A stretch of DNA of 50,910 nt, from sequence record NC_048132.1. One strand, 5' to 3'. How positions within the stretch are numbered: position 1 is the stretch's first letter; every line of letters starts with the position of its first letter. This stretch comes from Escherichia phage vB_EcoS-95. Position numbers and translations under genes: made by a program. The notes beneath the pieces were generated by a model that ran no database searches, was not told where the DNA came from, and worked only from the letters and a program-made list of their open reading frames with translations. Positions 1 through 9,212 of the stretch are shown here, piece by piece.

Positions 1-302
1 TCTTTGCTTTGATAGTAACGCAGTGTTTCCGCTACGTCTTGCGCCAGCCCGTCAACCGTTAACGAGTCATGCAGCAAGATCAGGTAATTTGTCTTCTGGA
101 CTACCGCGCCGCCAGTGGTAATTGCGCGAATGCTTGTATCGCTAATCACTTCTGTGATCACGGCAGCCTGCAAAGGTTGAGTGAGAAAGAAAATAGTTGC
201 ACCTGGGCGAATCAATGTTAATTGCTCGCGCCATTTTGTGTCGTAACCAGTTACATAACCTTGAGCGTCCATAGACGCTTGGCCTTGTCTGTAAATCGCC
301 AT
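1..302 (-). CDS. 5' fragment of an ORF running off the window start; probable N-terminus of the tail-fibre gene if the genome is circular
   Basis: ATG at 302-300 preceded by AGGAGG; 100 codons open to position 3 ([28 protein letters not shown]...RYYQSK); not in ORF track because no stop in window. Confidence 0.4.
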   Translation of the reverse strand, partial: MAIYRQGQASMDAQGYVTGYDTKWREQLTLIRPGATIFFLTQPLQAAVITEVISDTSIRAITTGGAVVQKTNYLILLHDSLTVDGLAQDVAETLRYYQSK

Positions 303-320
303 TTGTAAAATCCTCCTAAA

Positions 321-339
321 TAGCACTTTTTGCTAATGA
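321..339 (+). promoter_or_regulatory. Variant copy of the 19-bp box (TAGCACTTTTTGCTAATGAC); its reverse complement abuts the RBS of the minus ORF at 302
   Basis: Sequence match to the multi-copy box; TGCTAT on the minus strand lies just upstream of AGGAGG. Confidence 0.4.
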
Positions 340-365
340 CAATGCAGATAATAGCATTTTCAGGT

Positions 366-393
366 GCAAAAAAAAACCCCGCATAAGCGGGGC
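366..393 (-). terminator. Rho-independent terminator downstream of the primase gene
   Basis: Hairpin CCCCGC-ATAA-GCGGGG (377-392) followed on the minus strand by a T9 run. Confidence 0.6.
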
Positions 394-408
394 AATACTA
401 GCGGAGTT

Positions 409-1338
409 TTATAGCAGTGATTCAGGCTTGTAGATTTTTCTTTCTACGCCCTGTTTAAAATTATCGTTAACAGGCATCATTATGTCAAGACCTCTTTCCT
501 CTGCTGCGATTATCACATCACGATCATCTTTCCGGCAGACTACGCGCATTCTTCTTTCTCCTTTATATCTATGCGCAACCATTTCAAGATTTGAAGGAGT
601 AAAGCAGGCCCACACCTCTTGACCAGTTGACAAATGAACATGCTGGGAATCAACCCAATCAAGGCACAAATAGATCGTCTTATCTGTGCTACCTGTTTTA
701 ACAACAGACCCGCGCGTGTAGTCGCGAGCTAAAAACCAATCCTTTCCATCCTCATCAATGAAAAGCACGTTACACATTTCATCATCCAGCCCGTCATCAT
801 GCACCAGGTGACAAGGTAGCGCGTGAATGTATCGACCATCCTTGACGCCGCAATCATAATGACAACCTTCCGGCGGATATATCCCCTCATAAACGCTTAA
901 AGGTGTGCGATCGAATTTTAATGTTTTTGCCATCACTTTTTCGCAGCATTCATGACTTGCCTGTTTCCCGAACGAGTAACCAGAAGAACGCGAAGCGCGT
1001 TTGTTTGCTCTGATCCTGTAATCCTGCGGCACTTTTCCGAGGAAGCGGCCCAAAATGTTGATGGCCTCGCTGTAAGGTTCGCCAGTTAATTTCATTAACC
1101 AACCGATCCCCGTGTCGTTACCGCACACGTTGCAGATCGCGCCGCCGTCTCCCTCTTCATTTAGCTTATCAGTCCATCTAAAACGATCCTTACCGCCGCA
1201 GTGTGGGCAAGGCTGATGCTTTTTGTTGAAAACATCGCTATGCAGTCCGCAAATGCTTTGTAGTGCTTCACGCCATAACCCCTTCATATATGGCAAAACA
1301 TCTTCTTTCTGATAGGTCATAAAGTTTTCAGTATTCAT
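409..1338 (-). CDS. DNA primase (zinc-ribbon type)
   Basis: CPHCGGKDRFRW...CNVCG zinc-ribbon typical of phage/plasmid primases; acidic DxD-rich C-terminal half; start moved to MNTENF (RBS GAGGT) from track start 1365. Confidence 0.5.
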   Translation of the reverse strand: MNTENFMTYQKEDVLPYMKGLWREALQSICGLHSDVFNKKHQPCPHCGGKDRFRWTDKLNEEGDGGAICNVCGNDTGIGWLMKLTGEPYSEAINILGRFLGKVPQDYRIRANKRASRSSGYSFGKQASHECCEKVMAKTLKFDRTPLSVYEGIYPPEGCHYDCGVKDGRYIHALPCHLVHDDGLDDEMCNVLFIDEDGKDWFLARDYTRGSVVKTGSTDKTIYLCLDWVDSQHVHLSTGQEVWACFTPSNLEMVAHRYKGERRMRVVCRKDDRDVIIAAEERGLDIMMPVNDNFKQGVERKIYKPESLL

Positions 1339-1392
1339 AGCAACCTCAATAAAAAAGCCCAGCAAATATTATCATTTCGCTGGGCCTTATCA

Positions 1393-1869
1393 TTAGCTAT
1401 TCGTGCTGTTATCACCTTTGTAGAATCTTCCGCCTGGTTCGTAGTCTGAATTTTTGACTACGCGCAACATTTCGTATTTGTCGCAACGGGTAGTAAGAGG
1501 CTTGCCGTTAGAATCAAACCGCAGATCTGGACGACAAAACGAGGCGCGGTATCCTTTGCATCCATTATATTTGTAGTCGTTATGCACCTTTTGTGCTCCA
1601 GCGGCTGAAATCATACCACGCTTTCGCCATTGGTTAACTACTTGCTGAGATACGCGTAGACGTCGAGCCATAGCAGGGACACCGCCGTAATACTCGATCA
1701 GAATGTCAAGGCGAGATTTCAGGCTTGCTTTTACCTCATCTCGCAGGATAAGAAATCCGGTTCGGTGTTTTCGTGGCTTTTTGTCTTTACCTCGTCGCGT
1801 TCCGTTGTTACCGTTAATAGTGCGCTTGTCGATCTCACCCGTAGACACTGCAATTCGTGCATCTTTCAT
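1393..1869 (-). CDS. HTH DNA-binding protein (Cro/YdaS-like motif), candidate regulator
   Basis: GGVPAMARRLRVSQQVVNQWRKRGMIS resembles Cro/CI-type helix-turn-helix; basic N-terminus; divergent from the helicase gene. Confidence 0.4.
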   Translation of the reverse strand: MKDARIAVSTGEIDKRTINGNNGTRRGKDKKPRKHRTGFLILRDEVKASLKSRLDILIEYYGGVPAMARRLRVSQQVVNQWRKRGMISAAGAQKVHNDYKYNGCKGYRASFCRPDLRFDSNGKPLTTRCDKYEMLRVVKNSDYEPGGRFYKGDNSTNS

Positions 1870-1881
1870 CTAGTCACCTCA

Positions 1882-1924
1882 TAGCATTTTTTGTTAAAAC
1901 AGTTTATTGTAATGAGTCTATTAT
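1882..1924 (+). promoter_or_regulatory. Box promoter (TAGCATTTTTTGTTAAAAC + -10-like TATTAT at 1919-1924) upstream of helicase
   Basis: Box and -10-like hexamer at the family-typical spacing; the reverse complement of the box abuts the RBS of the divergent HTH gene. Confidence 0.5.
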
Positions 1925-1956
1925 ATACTCCAAATGGCATTTTTTAAAGGTTTAAG

Positions 1957-3954
1957 ATGATTCCAAATATCGAAAAACAAATATCAGCGTTAGGCGAGGC
2001 AGTAATAAAAAGCATCCAAGAGCGATTCACGGTTGGCAATATAGTGCCTTATCCTTATCAGTGCGTTGCGTATGCCGAGATCGCAAAGCGCATGAAAAAC
2101 TATGAGCATCCTTTCTTTGTTAAGGCTTCTGTGTCGGCTGGCAAAACATTGATGTTTGCGATGGTTGCTGCGCAATGCCGCAAAATGGGATTGAAAATGA
2201 TGGTCCTTGCTCGCCAAGCTGAAATTGTTGATCAGGATTCGGAAGAGATCAGCAATCTTGGCGTGCCAAACTCAATCTATTGCGCCGGACTGAAAACAAA
2301 AAGCGCATACTTTCCGATCGTAGTCGGTTCTGAGGGCACTGTAGTAAACGGATTGTTTAAGTCGTTAGGTGATTATGTTCCGCACGTTATCGGTATTGAT
2401 GAATGTCACCAGGTGGATTGGGAGGATCTCGCCGACGCGATAGAAAATAATGAATCTTACCAGCAGATGACCACTAAGAAGGATTTGCCTGTACTGATTG
2501 GAGAAGAACAGCAATTTGATTCCAATGGCGATCCAGTGTTCGGAACAGGGCGCACACAGTACACCGTAATAATCATGGAAATGATGCGCAGGTGTCGCGA
2601 GGCATACGGGCACGAATTGCGAATATTCGGTATGACTGGATCTGAATTTCGCGGCGTGGTTCCAATACTGGTTGAAGATAAGAACAAAAAGGGATTCTGG
2701 CGTGAGCAGGTGACTAACATAGACACAAACTACTTAATCAAATTCGGTTCTGTAGTACCAACAAATTTCGGCGACGTAGGCGACCTGGGGTATGACCTTT
2801 CAGAGTTCGAAGCCAGTAGCGAGGATGGCGTTTCAGACTTTGACGCTAAAACATTGCGCAAGATGGAAGAAAAGATCCATCAAGACGCAACAATGACACA
2901 GAAAATCATGGCTAAAGTCCATGAGATATGCAAAGACAGGAACGGAGTTTTAGTTACATGCGCAGGAGAAAGACACTGCAAGGAGGCCGCCGCCGCACTG
3001 CCGCCAGGCGTTGAATACAGGATCATAACTGGCAAAACTGGAGATAATCAGCGTAAAGAGTGGCTGAGGGAGGCATACGAGGGGAAAGTAAAATACATCT
3101 TCCAGGTACAGGCGCTTACCACTGGCGTTAACGTTCCGTTTTGGGATACTTCGGTAATACTGAGAAAGATAGGATCTCTAACATTGCTCATCCAGCTTTT
3201 GGGGCGCGGTATGCGACTGCTTAAGCAATGGCACATTGAGCAGGGATTCAAGAAAAAAGATCATCTTGTATTGGATTTTGCAGGTACTATGGATGAGTTA
3301 GGTGATTTGTATTTCGATCCAATCCTTGAGCAAGCGCAATTCCAAAAGAGATTTACAAACGGGAAAGAGCCTAAGACTTGTCCGATATGTGGAACGCTAA
3401 ACAGCTTTTACGCTCGCCGATGTATGCACGTAGACGATAGCGGGAAGAGATGCGAGCATTTTTGGACTTACAGAATTTGCGAGGACCAGGTAGATCCGAG
3501 AACGAAAAAGATAATCAAGCGCGGTTGCGGAACAAAAAACGACGTAGTTGCGAGAGTATGCCGTTGTTGCGATATTTCTCTTGTCGATCCTAACGAGAAG
3601 TTAAGCGGCAAGCACTACACCAAAAACGATTGGTGCAACGTTAAATCTTTCCGCGTTGATATGACGAAAAACCAAAAAGGAATTGTTTTTTGCTATGAGC
3701 TTGAGGCCAACGGCGACACGTTCAAGGCATACGAAAGATTTTTCCCTGAGTCAGAAAGCAACATTTGCCGGACGATATGGAGAAAAATAGCATTGCAGCA
3801 CATACCGGATCGTAAGATTGCTGGTATGGTGGCGAGCTATAGAAATGCGCGTAAAATAATGTCATACGCTCATCACATCATGCCGCCTGTACGCGTAACG
3901 CATCGCAAAAACGGCAAAGGTGAGGATAACATTGCAAAACGGGAGTTTGTTTAA
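1957..3954 (+). CDS. SF2 DExH-box helicase with C-terminal Cys-rich zinc-ribbon region
   Basis: Walker A SAGKTLMFAM, DECH motif (GIDECHQV), Cys clusters CPICG...C..C near the C-terminus; 665 aa. Confidence 0.7.
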   Translation: MIPNIEKQISALGEAVIKSIQERFTVGNIVPYPYQCVAYAEIAKRMKNYEHPFFVKASVSAGKTLMFAMVAAQCRKMGLKMMVLARQAEIVDQDSEEISNLGVPNSIYCAGLKTKSAYFPIVVGSEGTVVNGLFKSLGDYVPHVIGIDECHQVDWEDLADAIENNESYQQMTTKKDLPVLIGEEQQFDSNGDPVFGTGRTQYTVIIMEMMRRCREAYGHELRIFGMTGSEFRGVVPILVEDKNKKGFWREQVTNIDTNYLIKFGSVVPTNFGDVGDLGYDLSEFEASSEDGVSDFDAKTLRKMEEKIHQDATMTQKIMAKVHEICKDRNGVLVTCAGERHCKEAAAALPPGVEYRIITGKTGDNQRKEWLREAYEGKVKYIFQVQALTTGVNVPFWDTSVILRKIGSLTLLIQLLGRGMRLLKQWHIEQGFKKKDHLVLDFAGTMDELGDLYFDPILEQAQFQKRFTNGKEPKTCPICGTLNSFYARRCMHVDDSGKRCEHFWTYRICEDQVDPRTKKIIKRGCGTKNDVVARVCRCCDISLVDPNEKLSGKHYTKNDWCNVKSFRVDMTKNQKGIVFCYELEANGDTFKAYERFFPESESNICRTIWRKIALQHIPDRKIAGMVASYRNARKIMSYAHHIMPPVRVTHRKNGKGEDNIAKREFV

Positions 3955-4373
3955 TGGCTATAACTGATAAAGGAGATTATCTTGAGTTTTACGAAAGAGA
4001 TCCAACCGACACGAGAAAGGAAGTTAATCACCAGATAGATAGCTTTCAGTGGTTGACTTATGCTCATCCTTATTTGCTAGCGTGGCATACGGTAAACGAG
4101 AATGAGAAGTCGAAAGTAACGGCGATGATTGATCAGCAGTCCGGCTTGGTTAAGGGGGTAAGCGATTTCATCATCCTGATTGGTTCAAACGGAAAATACC
4201 CCTTTGCAGCGATTGAGATCAAACGAGTTAATAAATCAGGCAAGGGGAAAGCATCACCAGTCAGCGATGAACAAAAGGCTTTTTTGCGTCGCGTTCGCAG
4301 TTTAGGAGGATTCGCTGCGGTCGCCTACGGATTTAATCAGTTTAAGTTAGCTATTGAATACATGCTTAAATAG
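3954..4373 (+). CDS. VRR-NUC domain nuclease
   Basis: GVSDFIILIG...AIEIKRVNKSGKG...QKAFL pattern typical of VRR-NUC (PD-(D/E)XK) nucleases; start overlaps helicase stop. Confidence 0.55.
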   Translation: MAITDKGDYLEFYERDPTDTRKEVNHQIDSFQWLTYAHPYLLAWHTVNENEKSKVTAMIDQQSGLVKGVSDFIILIGSNGKYPFAAIEIKRVNKSGKGKASPVSDEQKAFLRRVRSLGGFAAVAYGFNQFKLAIEYMLK

Positions 4374-4413
4374 CACTTTTTGTTAAAACTGGCGCGATGG
4401 ATTGCGCCATAAT
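4371..4413 (+). promoter_or_regulatory. Box promoter (box 4371-4389 overlapping stop TAG; hairpin GGCGCGATGGATTGCGCC; -10-like CATAAT 4408-4413)
   Basis: Exact 19-mer TAGCACTTTTTGTTAAAAC; fixed 18-bp gap to -10-like hexamer. Confidence 0.6.
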
Positions 4414-4452
4414 TCAATAACACGAGATGGCTTTTAATAGCGGAGAAATGAA

Positions 4453-5178
4453 ATGGCTAAAGATATTTTAGATAAAGACACTCATGACGCATTCGTTAGC
4501 TTTGAGCAGTTGGAGAGAGAAACATTTATAGGTAATGCTCTTGCAACTGGAGGCCATTACCAGGCAGTAAAGCCAAATCAATATTATAAGGTAAGCGGCA
4601 ACCGATACGCTGGAAGCACCACGCCGGACGTTGTGCGCGATATGTGGAGCACTCCTCAAGAGATCGTGGAGTGGATGGAATCAGAATTTGGTGAATACGA
4701 TCTCGACGCAGCAGCAAGCCAGGAAAACGCAGTTTGCGAGAAGTTCTATAGCAAGGAAACAAACTGCTTAAAGCGTTGGTGGGGTAGCAACAAGCACGTA
4801 TGGCTTAACCCGCCGTACAGCAACCCAACTCCATTTATCAAGAAAGCAATTGAGCAAATGGAGCACAACAACCAAATTGATGTTTTGTTGCCAGCCGACA
4901 ACTCTACAGCATGGTTTTATGAAGCGCAGAAAAACGCGGCTGAAATCATCTGGATCACTGGCGAGGTTTACGAAGATGGTGGAGTAGAATACTCCCGCAC
5001 CGGAAGAATCGCCTTTGTGTCTGGATTGACTGGCGAGCCTGTGCAGGGCAACAACAAAGGAAGCGTGATTTTTGTCATGCGCAAACTTAAAGAAGGCGAG
5101 GAGCAGAAAACGCGATACGTTAAGATCAGCGATATTTGCCCTTCTGTAACAGAACGTCGCGCACGCAAACGGAGCTAA
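4453..5178 (+). CDS. dam: DNA N6-adenine methyltransferase (phage Dam family)
   Basis: NPPY catalytic motif (HVWLNPPYSNPTPF) characteristic of phage Dam-type methyltransferases; 241 aa. Confidence 0.7.
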   Translation: MAKDILDKDTHDAFVSFEQLERETFIGNALATGGHYQAVKPNQYYKVSGNRYAGSTTPDVVRDMWSTPQEIVEWMESEFGEYDLDAAASQENAVCEKFYSKETNCLKRWWGSNKHVWLNPPYSNPTPFIKKAIEQMEHNNQIDVLLPADNSTAWFYEAQKNAAEIIWITGEVYEDGGVEYSRTGRIAFVSGLTGEPVQGNNKGSVIFVMRKLKEGEEQKTRYVKISDICPSVTERRARKRS

Positions 5179-5182
5179 CACG

Positions 5183-5440
5183 ATGAAAAAAGAGAGAAGC
5201 GTTTATTTAAATGAAACTGGCGAATGGTTGTTATTTCGCGCTATGGTGTGCGATGCACTTGATAAAAACCCTAACGTGAAAAAGATGATTGATTGCGATC
5301 CGTGGGAATTTTCAAGCGCATTAGATATGAGCTTTGAGGAGACAAGAAAACTACCGCTTGAAAAATGGCACGAACAAATAAGAAATGACATGCAAGAGTT
5401 TGTCGATTCGTGGAATTTTCAGAACGGAATGATCCACTAA
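5183..5440 (+). CDS. Hypothetical protein
   Basis: 85-aa ORF with RBS; stop TAA directly followed by the box. Confidence 0.4.
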   Translation: MKKERSVYLNETGEWLLFRAMVCDALDKNPNVKKMIDCDPWEFSSALDMSFEETRKLPLEKWHEQIRNDMQEFVDSWNFQNGMIH

Positions 5441-5483
5441 TAGCATTTTTTGTTAAAACGCCCGGCATTTTGTCGGGCATAAT
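5441..5483 (+). promoter_or_regulatory. Box promoter (TAGCATTTTTTGTTAAAAC, hairpin GCCCGGCATTTTGTCGGGC, CATAAT 5478-5483, leader CATAGAAACGAA)
   Basis: Box + hairpin + -10-like hexamer at family spacing. Confidence 0.6.
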
Positions 5484-5509
5484 TATTTCATAGAAACGAA
5501 CGTGAGGAA

Positions 5510-5695
5510 ATGAAAATGGTAGTATATAGCAAGAAAGCATTTGACCAGGCGCAACAAACCGCACGCGAGGCGGTAAAAGGTGGAACGAAAAACAATATGC
5601 AGCTTGATTGGGGCGCTGCAATGATTCTACTTCGCGTTGCATATGGTCACTACCCATTAGAATTTGCGGAGGCATATTATAAGCATGAAGGTTGA
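5510..5695 (+). CDS. Hypothetical protein
   Basis: 61-aa ORF, RBS GAGGAAATG-proximal. Confidence 0.35.
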   Translation: MKMVVYSKKAFDQAQQTAREAVKGGTKNNMQLDWGAAMILLRVAYGHYPLEFAEAYYKHEG

Positions 5696-5927
5696 ACAAG
5701 GAAGAGATGCGGTATGGAATCACGCTAAAGAATGCGGAATAGCCGACGATATAAAGAAGATAGCGCAATACTTTGATATTGCAGATGTGAGCATAATTAG
5801 CGGTGATAAGATGACTTTCCTCAAGGAAAGGCCGCGAAAAATGGTAAGAGTTCCAGCAGTTCCAACAAAAATTGATTTCAAAGAGGCAATGGCTAAAATC
5901 CGAGAGCCTCGCAAATATTATAAATGA
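5685..5927 (+). CDS. Hypothetical protein
   Basis: ORF track 5664-5927 trimmed to internal ATG (MKVEQGRD). Confidence 0.3.
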   Translation: MKVEQGRDAVWNHAKECGIADDIKKIAQYFDIADVSIISGDKMTFLKERPRKMVRVPAVPTKIDFKEAMAKIREPRKYYK

Positions 5928-5931
5928 GGAT

Positions 5932-5992
5932 AGTTATCATGTGGCGCTTGTTTGTTCTACCGTTACCAGTTATCATCGCTGTTACAGTTATG
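5932..5992 (+). repeat. Direct repeats AGTTATCAT (x2) plus AGTTATG upstream of the HTH-phosphoesterase gene; candidate operator
   Basis: AGTTATCAT at about 5932 and 5968, AGTTATG at about 5986, in non-coding leader. Confidence 0.3.
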
Positions 5993-6021
5993 TACCATAT
6001 AGTAATGAGATAGGTAGCAGA

Positions 6022-7137
6022 ATGAAAAATGTAAAAATTACAGATGAGCAATTCAAGATCGAACGGGCGGCAGGTAAGACATATAAACAGATCGCTCAAG
6101 AGTACGGAATGAATGTGAGAAGCGTCGAACGTCGCGCGGCGCGCCTTGCAAAACAAGGACAGCTATCAACCATCGGAGCGCCTGGTTTTGGTGTTCATGG
6201 TGAGTCAGTAATGACTGACAAAGAAGGCAACATAATCCTCAAGTGGACCAAAACCAGCAAGGATAAAGAGCAACTAGAAGCATTAATGCGCGCAGCAATG
6301 GAGGCGTTTAGCGAGGAAGTGCCGCGATTAGATTCAGTTCCATTGCAGGAGCGTGACTATAATGAAACGCTTTCATTGTATCCGATCTTTGACATGCACT
6401 TAGGCGCTATGGCCCATAAGCACGAATGCGGCGAAAATTGGGATACTGCGACGGCGGAGCGCGTTATGAATAACTTTATTGACTATGCTTTGATGTGCGC
6501 ACCGGACAGCGAAAAGGCTGTTATCCTGATTGGTGGCGACATGCTTCATAGCGATGGCCTTGAGGCTGTGACACCTGCAAGCGGTCACGTACTTGATCAA
6601 GATAGCCGATATGCAAAATTGGTTTACGTTGCAATCCGTGCAATGCGTCGCGCAATTAACAAAATGCTGTTAAAGCATAAGCATGTTGAGGTCCAGATCG
6701 TAGAGGGCAATCACGACCAATCAGGAATGATTTGGCTACGCGCAGCAATGGCGGCAGCATATGAGAACGAGCCGCGCGTTTACGTTGATGTTTCTCCTCG
6801 CGTTGTTCACCACACGCAATACGGAAAAACTTTCCTTGCGTACCATCACGGGCACACAGTGCGCAAACCTGAGACTTTGCTAATGATGTGCGCGTCAGAT
6901 TGGCGGGAGGACTTCGGAAACTCAAAAACGATGTATGCGCACGTAGGGCACTGGCATCACCAGACCGTGACGGAAACGTCGCTTGGCATCGTTGAGGTGC
7001 ATAGCACCCTGGCGGCAAAAGACGCATACGCCGCGCGCGGTGGATGGAGATCTCGACGCCGTGCAGCGGTTATCATTTACGACAAAGAGCATGGAGAAGT
7101 TGGGCGATTTGTTCACTATCCAGAAATGATGAATTGA
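6022..7137 (+). CDS. HTH domain fused to calcineurin-like metallophosphoesterase
   Basis: N-terminal HTH (KTYKQIAQEYGMNVRSVERRAARLAKQG); DMH, GGDMLHSD, GNHD, HHGH, GHWHH metallophosphatase signature motifs; start at internal ATG (track start 5872 is TTG). Confidence 0.5.
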   Translation: MKNVKITDEQFKIERAAGKTYKQIAQEYGMNVRSVERRAARLAKQGQLSTIGAPGFGVHGESVMTDKEGNIILKWTKTSKDKEQLEALMRAAMEAFSEEVPRLDSVPLQERDYNETLSLYPIFDMHLGAMAHKHECGENWDTATAERVMNNFIDYALMCAPDSEKAVILIGGDMLHSDGLEAVTPASGHVLDQDSRYAKLVYVAIRAMRRAINKMLLKHKHVEVQIVEGNHDQSGMIWLRAAMAAAYENEPRVYVDVSPRVVHHTQYGKTFLAYHHGHTVRKPETLLMMCASDWREDFGNSKTMYAHVGHWHHQTVTETSLGIVEVHSTLAAKDAYAARGGWRSRRRAAVIIYDKEHGEVGRFVHYPEMMN

Positions 7138-7185
7138 TGAATTTTTATTTAAATCAATGACAAATTAAATCAAAAACTTGCAAAG

Positions 7186-7216
7186 GGGCGGCGTTTGTCG
7201 CCTCTTTTTTTGTTTG
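7186..7216 (+). terminator. Weak rho-independent terminator after the phosphoesterase gene
   Basis: Short GC stem (GGCG..CGCC) followed by TCTTTTTTTGTTTGATTTTTT. Confidence 0.35.
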
Positions 7217-7244
7217 ATTTTTTACCATGTAAGTTTATCATTCG

Positions 7245-7258
7245 GTCAATATATTGAC
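7245..7258. promoter_or_regulatory. Perfect 14-bp palindrome GTCAATATATTGAC upstream of the lysis cassette; candidate operator
   Basis: Self-complementary sequence 24 bp upstream of holin ATG. Confidence 0.4.
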
Positions 7259-7281
7259 TTTAATTAATATGGAGAATAAGA

Positions 7282-7497
7282 ATGAAAGATTTTATTAACG
7301 CAGCTACCGCCGGATCTGGCGGTTCATCTATCGCAAGCGCCGCGACAGGGCAGTTAACCATTGCTATTGCCAGCTTTGTTTTAATGGCTGCATTCGGTGC
7401 ATGGGGCGCTTACCTTCGCTGGCGTGATAGTAAAAAATTCCACGAGGCGATCGAAAATGGTGATATTCAAAAAGCTATTGAAATCAGGGGCAAGTAA
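7282..7497 (+). CDS. Holin (single TMD, 71 aa)
   Basis: Small protein with one hydrophobic helix and charged C-terminus, immediately upstream of endolysin. Confidence 0.55.
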   Translation: MKDFINAATAGSGGSSIASAATGQLTIAIASFVLMAAFGAWGAYLRWRDSKKFHEAIENGDIQKAIEIRGK

Positions 7498-7988
7498 TGA
7501 GCATAAAGAACAAGGTAGCGGCTGCGGCATTTGGCGTTGCGGTTGCCTTGACTTCTCCACTTCTTGAAGAGATCGAAGGGGTAAGATACAAGCCATACAA
7601 AGATATTGCGGGAATATGGACGGTTTGCGCAGGAATCACCGGACCAGATGTTATCCTGGGGAAAACGTACACTAAAAAAGAGTGTGATGCTTTGTTGGCT
7701 AAACATATCCAGGTTGCTAAAAAAGAAGTTGACAAGCAGGTTAAGGTTGACATTCCTGATAGTATGCGTGCAGCAATGTACTCATTCACTTATAATGCAG
7801 GTGTGGGAGCTTTCAGAAATTCAACAATGCTGAAACTCATCAACCAGGGGAAATTAAAAGATGCTTGCGATCAGCTTTATCGTTGGACGTATTACCATAA
7901 CCCCAAAACAGGAAGGCGCGAGAAGTCTAAAGGCTTACTTAACAGGCGCAAGGTCGAATACAAATATTGCACAATGGATCTGAAATGA
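7497..7988 (+). CDS. Endolysin (phage lysozyme, GH24-like)
   Basis: [23 protein letters not shown] catalytic-region motif of phage lysozymes; 163 aa. Confidence 0.7.
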   Translation: MSIKNKVAAAAFGVAVALTSPLLEEIEGVRYKPYKDIAGIWTVCAGITGPDVILGKTYTKKECDALLAKHIQVAKKEVDKQVKVDIPDSMRAAMYSFTYNAGVGAFRNSTMLKLINQGKLKDACDQLYRWTYYHNPKTGRREKSKGLLNRRKVEYKYCTMDLK

Positions 7989-8380
7989 TGAAGAAATTTT
8001 TACTTACACCAATCGCAATGGCGGTGATCTTGTCTGGATGTTCAAGCGTTACGCCACTGACCGGATTAATCGGCAGTAAGCCGGAAATAACAGCACAGGC
8101 TGGCGCTGAGAACGTGAAGCAGACAGTTGGCATTACAGCAAAGCAGGACGAAAGCACAAAACAGAAAACCACAATAAAGGAATCTGCGGTTGACAAGGTG
8201 GACACGTCCAGCAAGAAGGATTTCACAACATCAACCATTCAGGCCAATACCATCAAGGCAGAAAAAATTCAGGTCGTGCAGGGTAATAACGGCAGATGGT
8301 ACGATCCAATAATCATATGCGTGGTTGTGTTCATTGTGCTGATTTTTCTTTACTGGAGGGAAAAGAAAAAGGAGGCTTAA
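7985..8380 (+). CDS. Unimolecular spanin (u-spanin, T1 gp11-like)
   Basis: N-terminal lipoprotein signal with lipobox LSGC plus C-terminal TMD ([16 protein letters not shown]); start ATGATG overlaps endolysin stop. Confidence 0.6.
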   Translation: MMKKFLLTPIAMAVILSGCSSVTPLTGLIGSKPEITAQAGAENVKQTVGITAKQDESTKQKTTIKESAVDKVDTSSKKDFTTSTIQANTIKAEKIQVVQGNNGRWYDPIIICVVVFIVLIFLYWREKKKEA

Positions 8381-8400
8381 TGCCTCCTTTATTTTTATGC
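8361..8400. terminator. Bidirectional rho-independent terminator between the lysis cassette and the convergent minus-strand block
   Basis: Hairpin AGGAGGC-TTAAT-GCCTCCT flanked by A/T runs on both sides. Confidence 0.55.
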
Positions 8401-8619
8401 GTCGGGCCACATATGAGTTTCGTTTGTTGGCTTGTTCGATTCGTCGTACTGCCTTACTTCAATGCTGCAAGTGTCGCCGTACAGTTCTGCAATCTTGCGC
8501 TCATTTTCAACCGCCGATTGCTCACTCCATCCAAAATCCCTGTCGTAAATTGTCGGGATTTCAGCAGAAGATCCGTTGTCATGATTATATACGCGAACTA
8601 CTAAAAACTTTCTGGACAT
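8395..8619 (-). CDS. Hypothetical protein
   Basis: 74-aa ORF; preceded by box promoter and conserved leader. Confidence 0.4.
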   Translation of the reverse strand: MSRKFLVVRVYNHDNGSSAEIPTIYDRDFGWSEQSAVENERKIAELYGDTCSIEVRQYDESNKPTNETHMWPDA

Positions 8620-8655
8620 AATTTTACCTTTTGGTTGTTTCGTTTCGATGAAACA

Positions 8656-8698
8656 AATATACCCGACACTAGGCCGGGCGTTTTAACAAAAAATGCTA
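8656..8698 (-). promoter_or_regulatory. Box promoter (minus strand; -10-like TATATT; leader CATCGAAACGAA)
   Basis: Reverse complement of box at 8680-8698, hairpin GCCCGGCCTAGTGTCGGG, hexamer at family spacing. Confidence 0.55.
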
Positions 8699-8816
8699 TT
8701 CCATACGCTTTACCGTAACCAGTAATACACCATCACCATTGCATAAAACATGTTCAGTGGTGCTAAAAGCGCGCATATCTGAATAAAGTAGCGTAAGTAA
8801 AGCATGAATAAAATCC

Positions 8817-9212
8817 TCATGTGATATTGAATTTACGGCGCAGTGCTTCAAGATCTTGTCTATTAGCTTTTGCCTGGAACAATTCATCATCGCCCATCTC
8901 CCCTATTCTAGCCATATCCCTGATCCAGTCGTTGCGCATACCATCCAGGCTATACAATTCGAATCCGAAAGGCCGCTTTGACGATCCTTTGGACCAGTAT
9001 TTTCCGCAGACCCCATCTATATAGCCAGCCGTCATCATTCTTGCGCAAAATTCCTTAGATGCAAGGCTGGCGAACATTCGCGGCGTAAGTCCGGCGGCCC
9101 GTGCGAGCCGCTCGCATTCTCTATGCTGATAGATAAATTTGGCTATGTGCTGCCTGTTAAACCAGTCGTATGACTCACACCATTTATACAGATCAAGCAA
9201 AAACATAATCAT
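8817..9212 (-). CDS. Hypothetical protein
   Basis: 131-aa ORF overlapping helicase stop (coupled). Confidence 0.4.
   Translation of the reverse strand: MIMFLLDLYKWCESYDWFNRQHIAKFIYQHRECERLARAAGLTPRMFASLASKEFCARMMTAGYIDGVCGKYWSKGSSKRPFGFELYSLDGMRNDWIRDMARIGEMGDDELFQAKANRQDLEALRRKFNIT

Noticed and set aside
1990-5181. Antisense ORFs inside the helicase, Dam and neighbouring genes (for example 1990-2217, 2365-2726, 4468-5181)
   Set aside because: Fully embedded in longer ORFs that carry recognisable motifs, and lack RBSs; likely spurious.
5872-6021. N-terminal extensions of track ORFs to upstream TTG or GTG starts (for example 5872, 31883, 41523, 40085, 24908)
   Set aside because: Internal ATGs with good Shine-Dalgarno spacing exist, and the extensions run through promoter, terminator or repeat sequence; shorter starts preferred.
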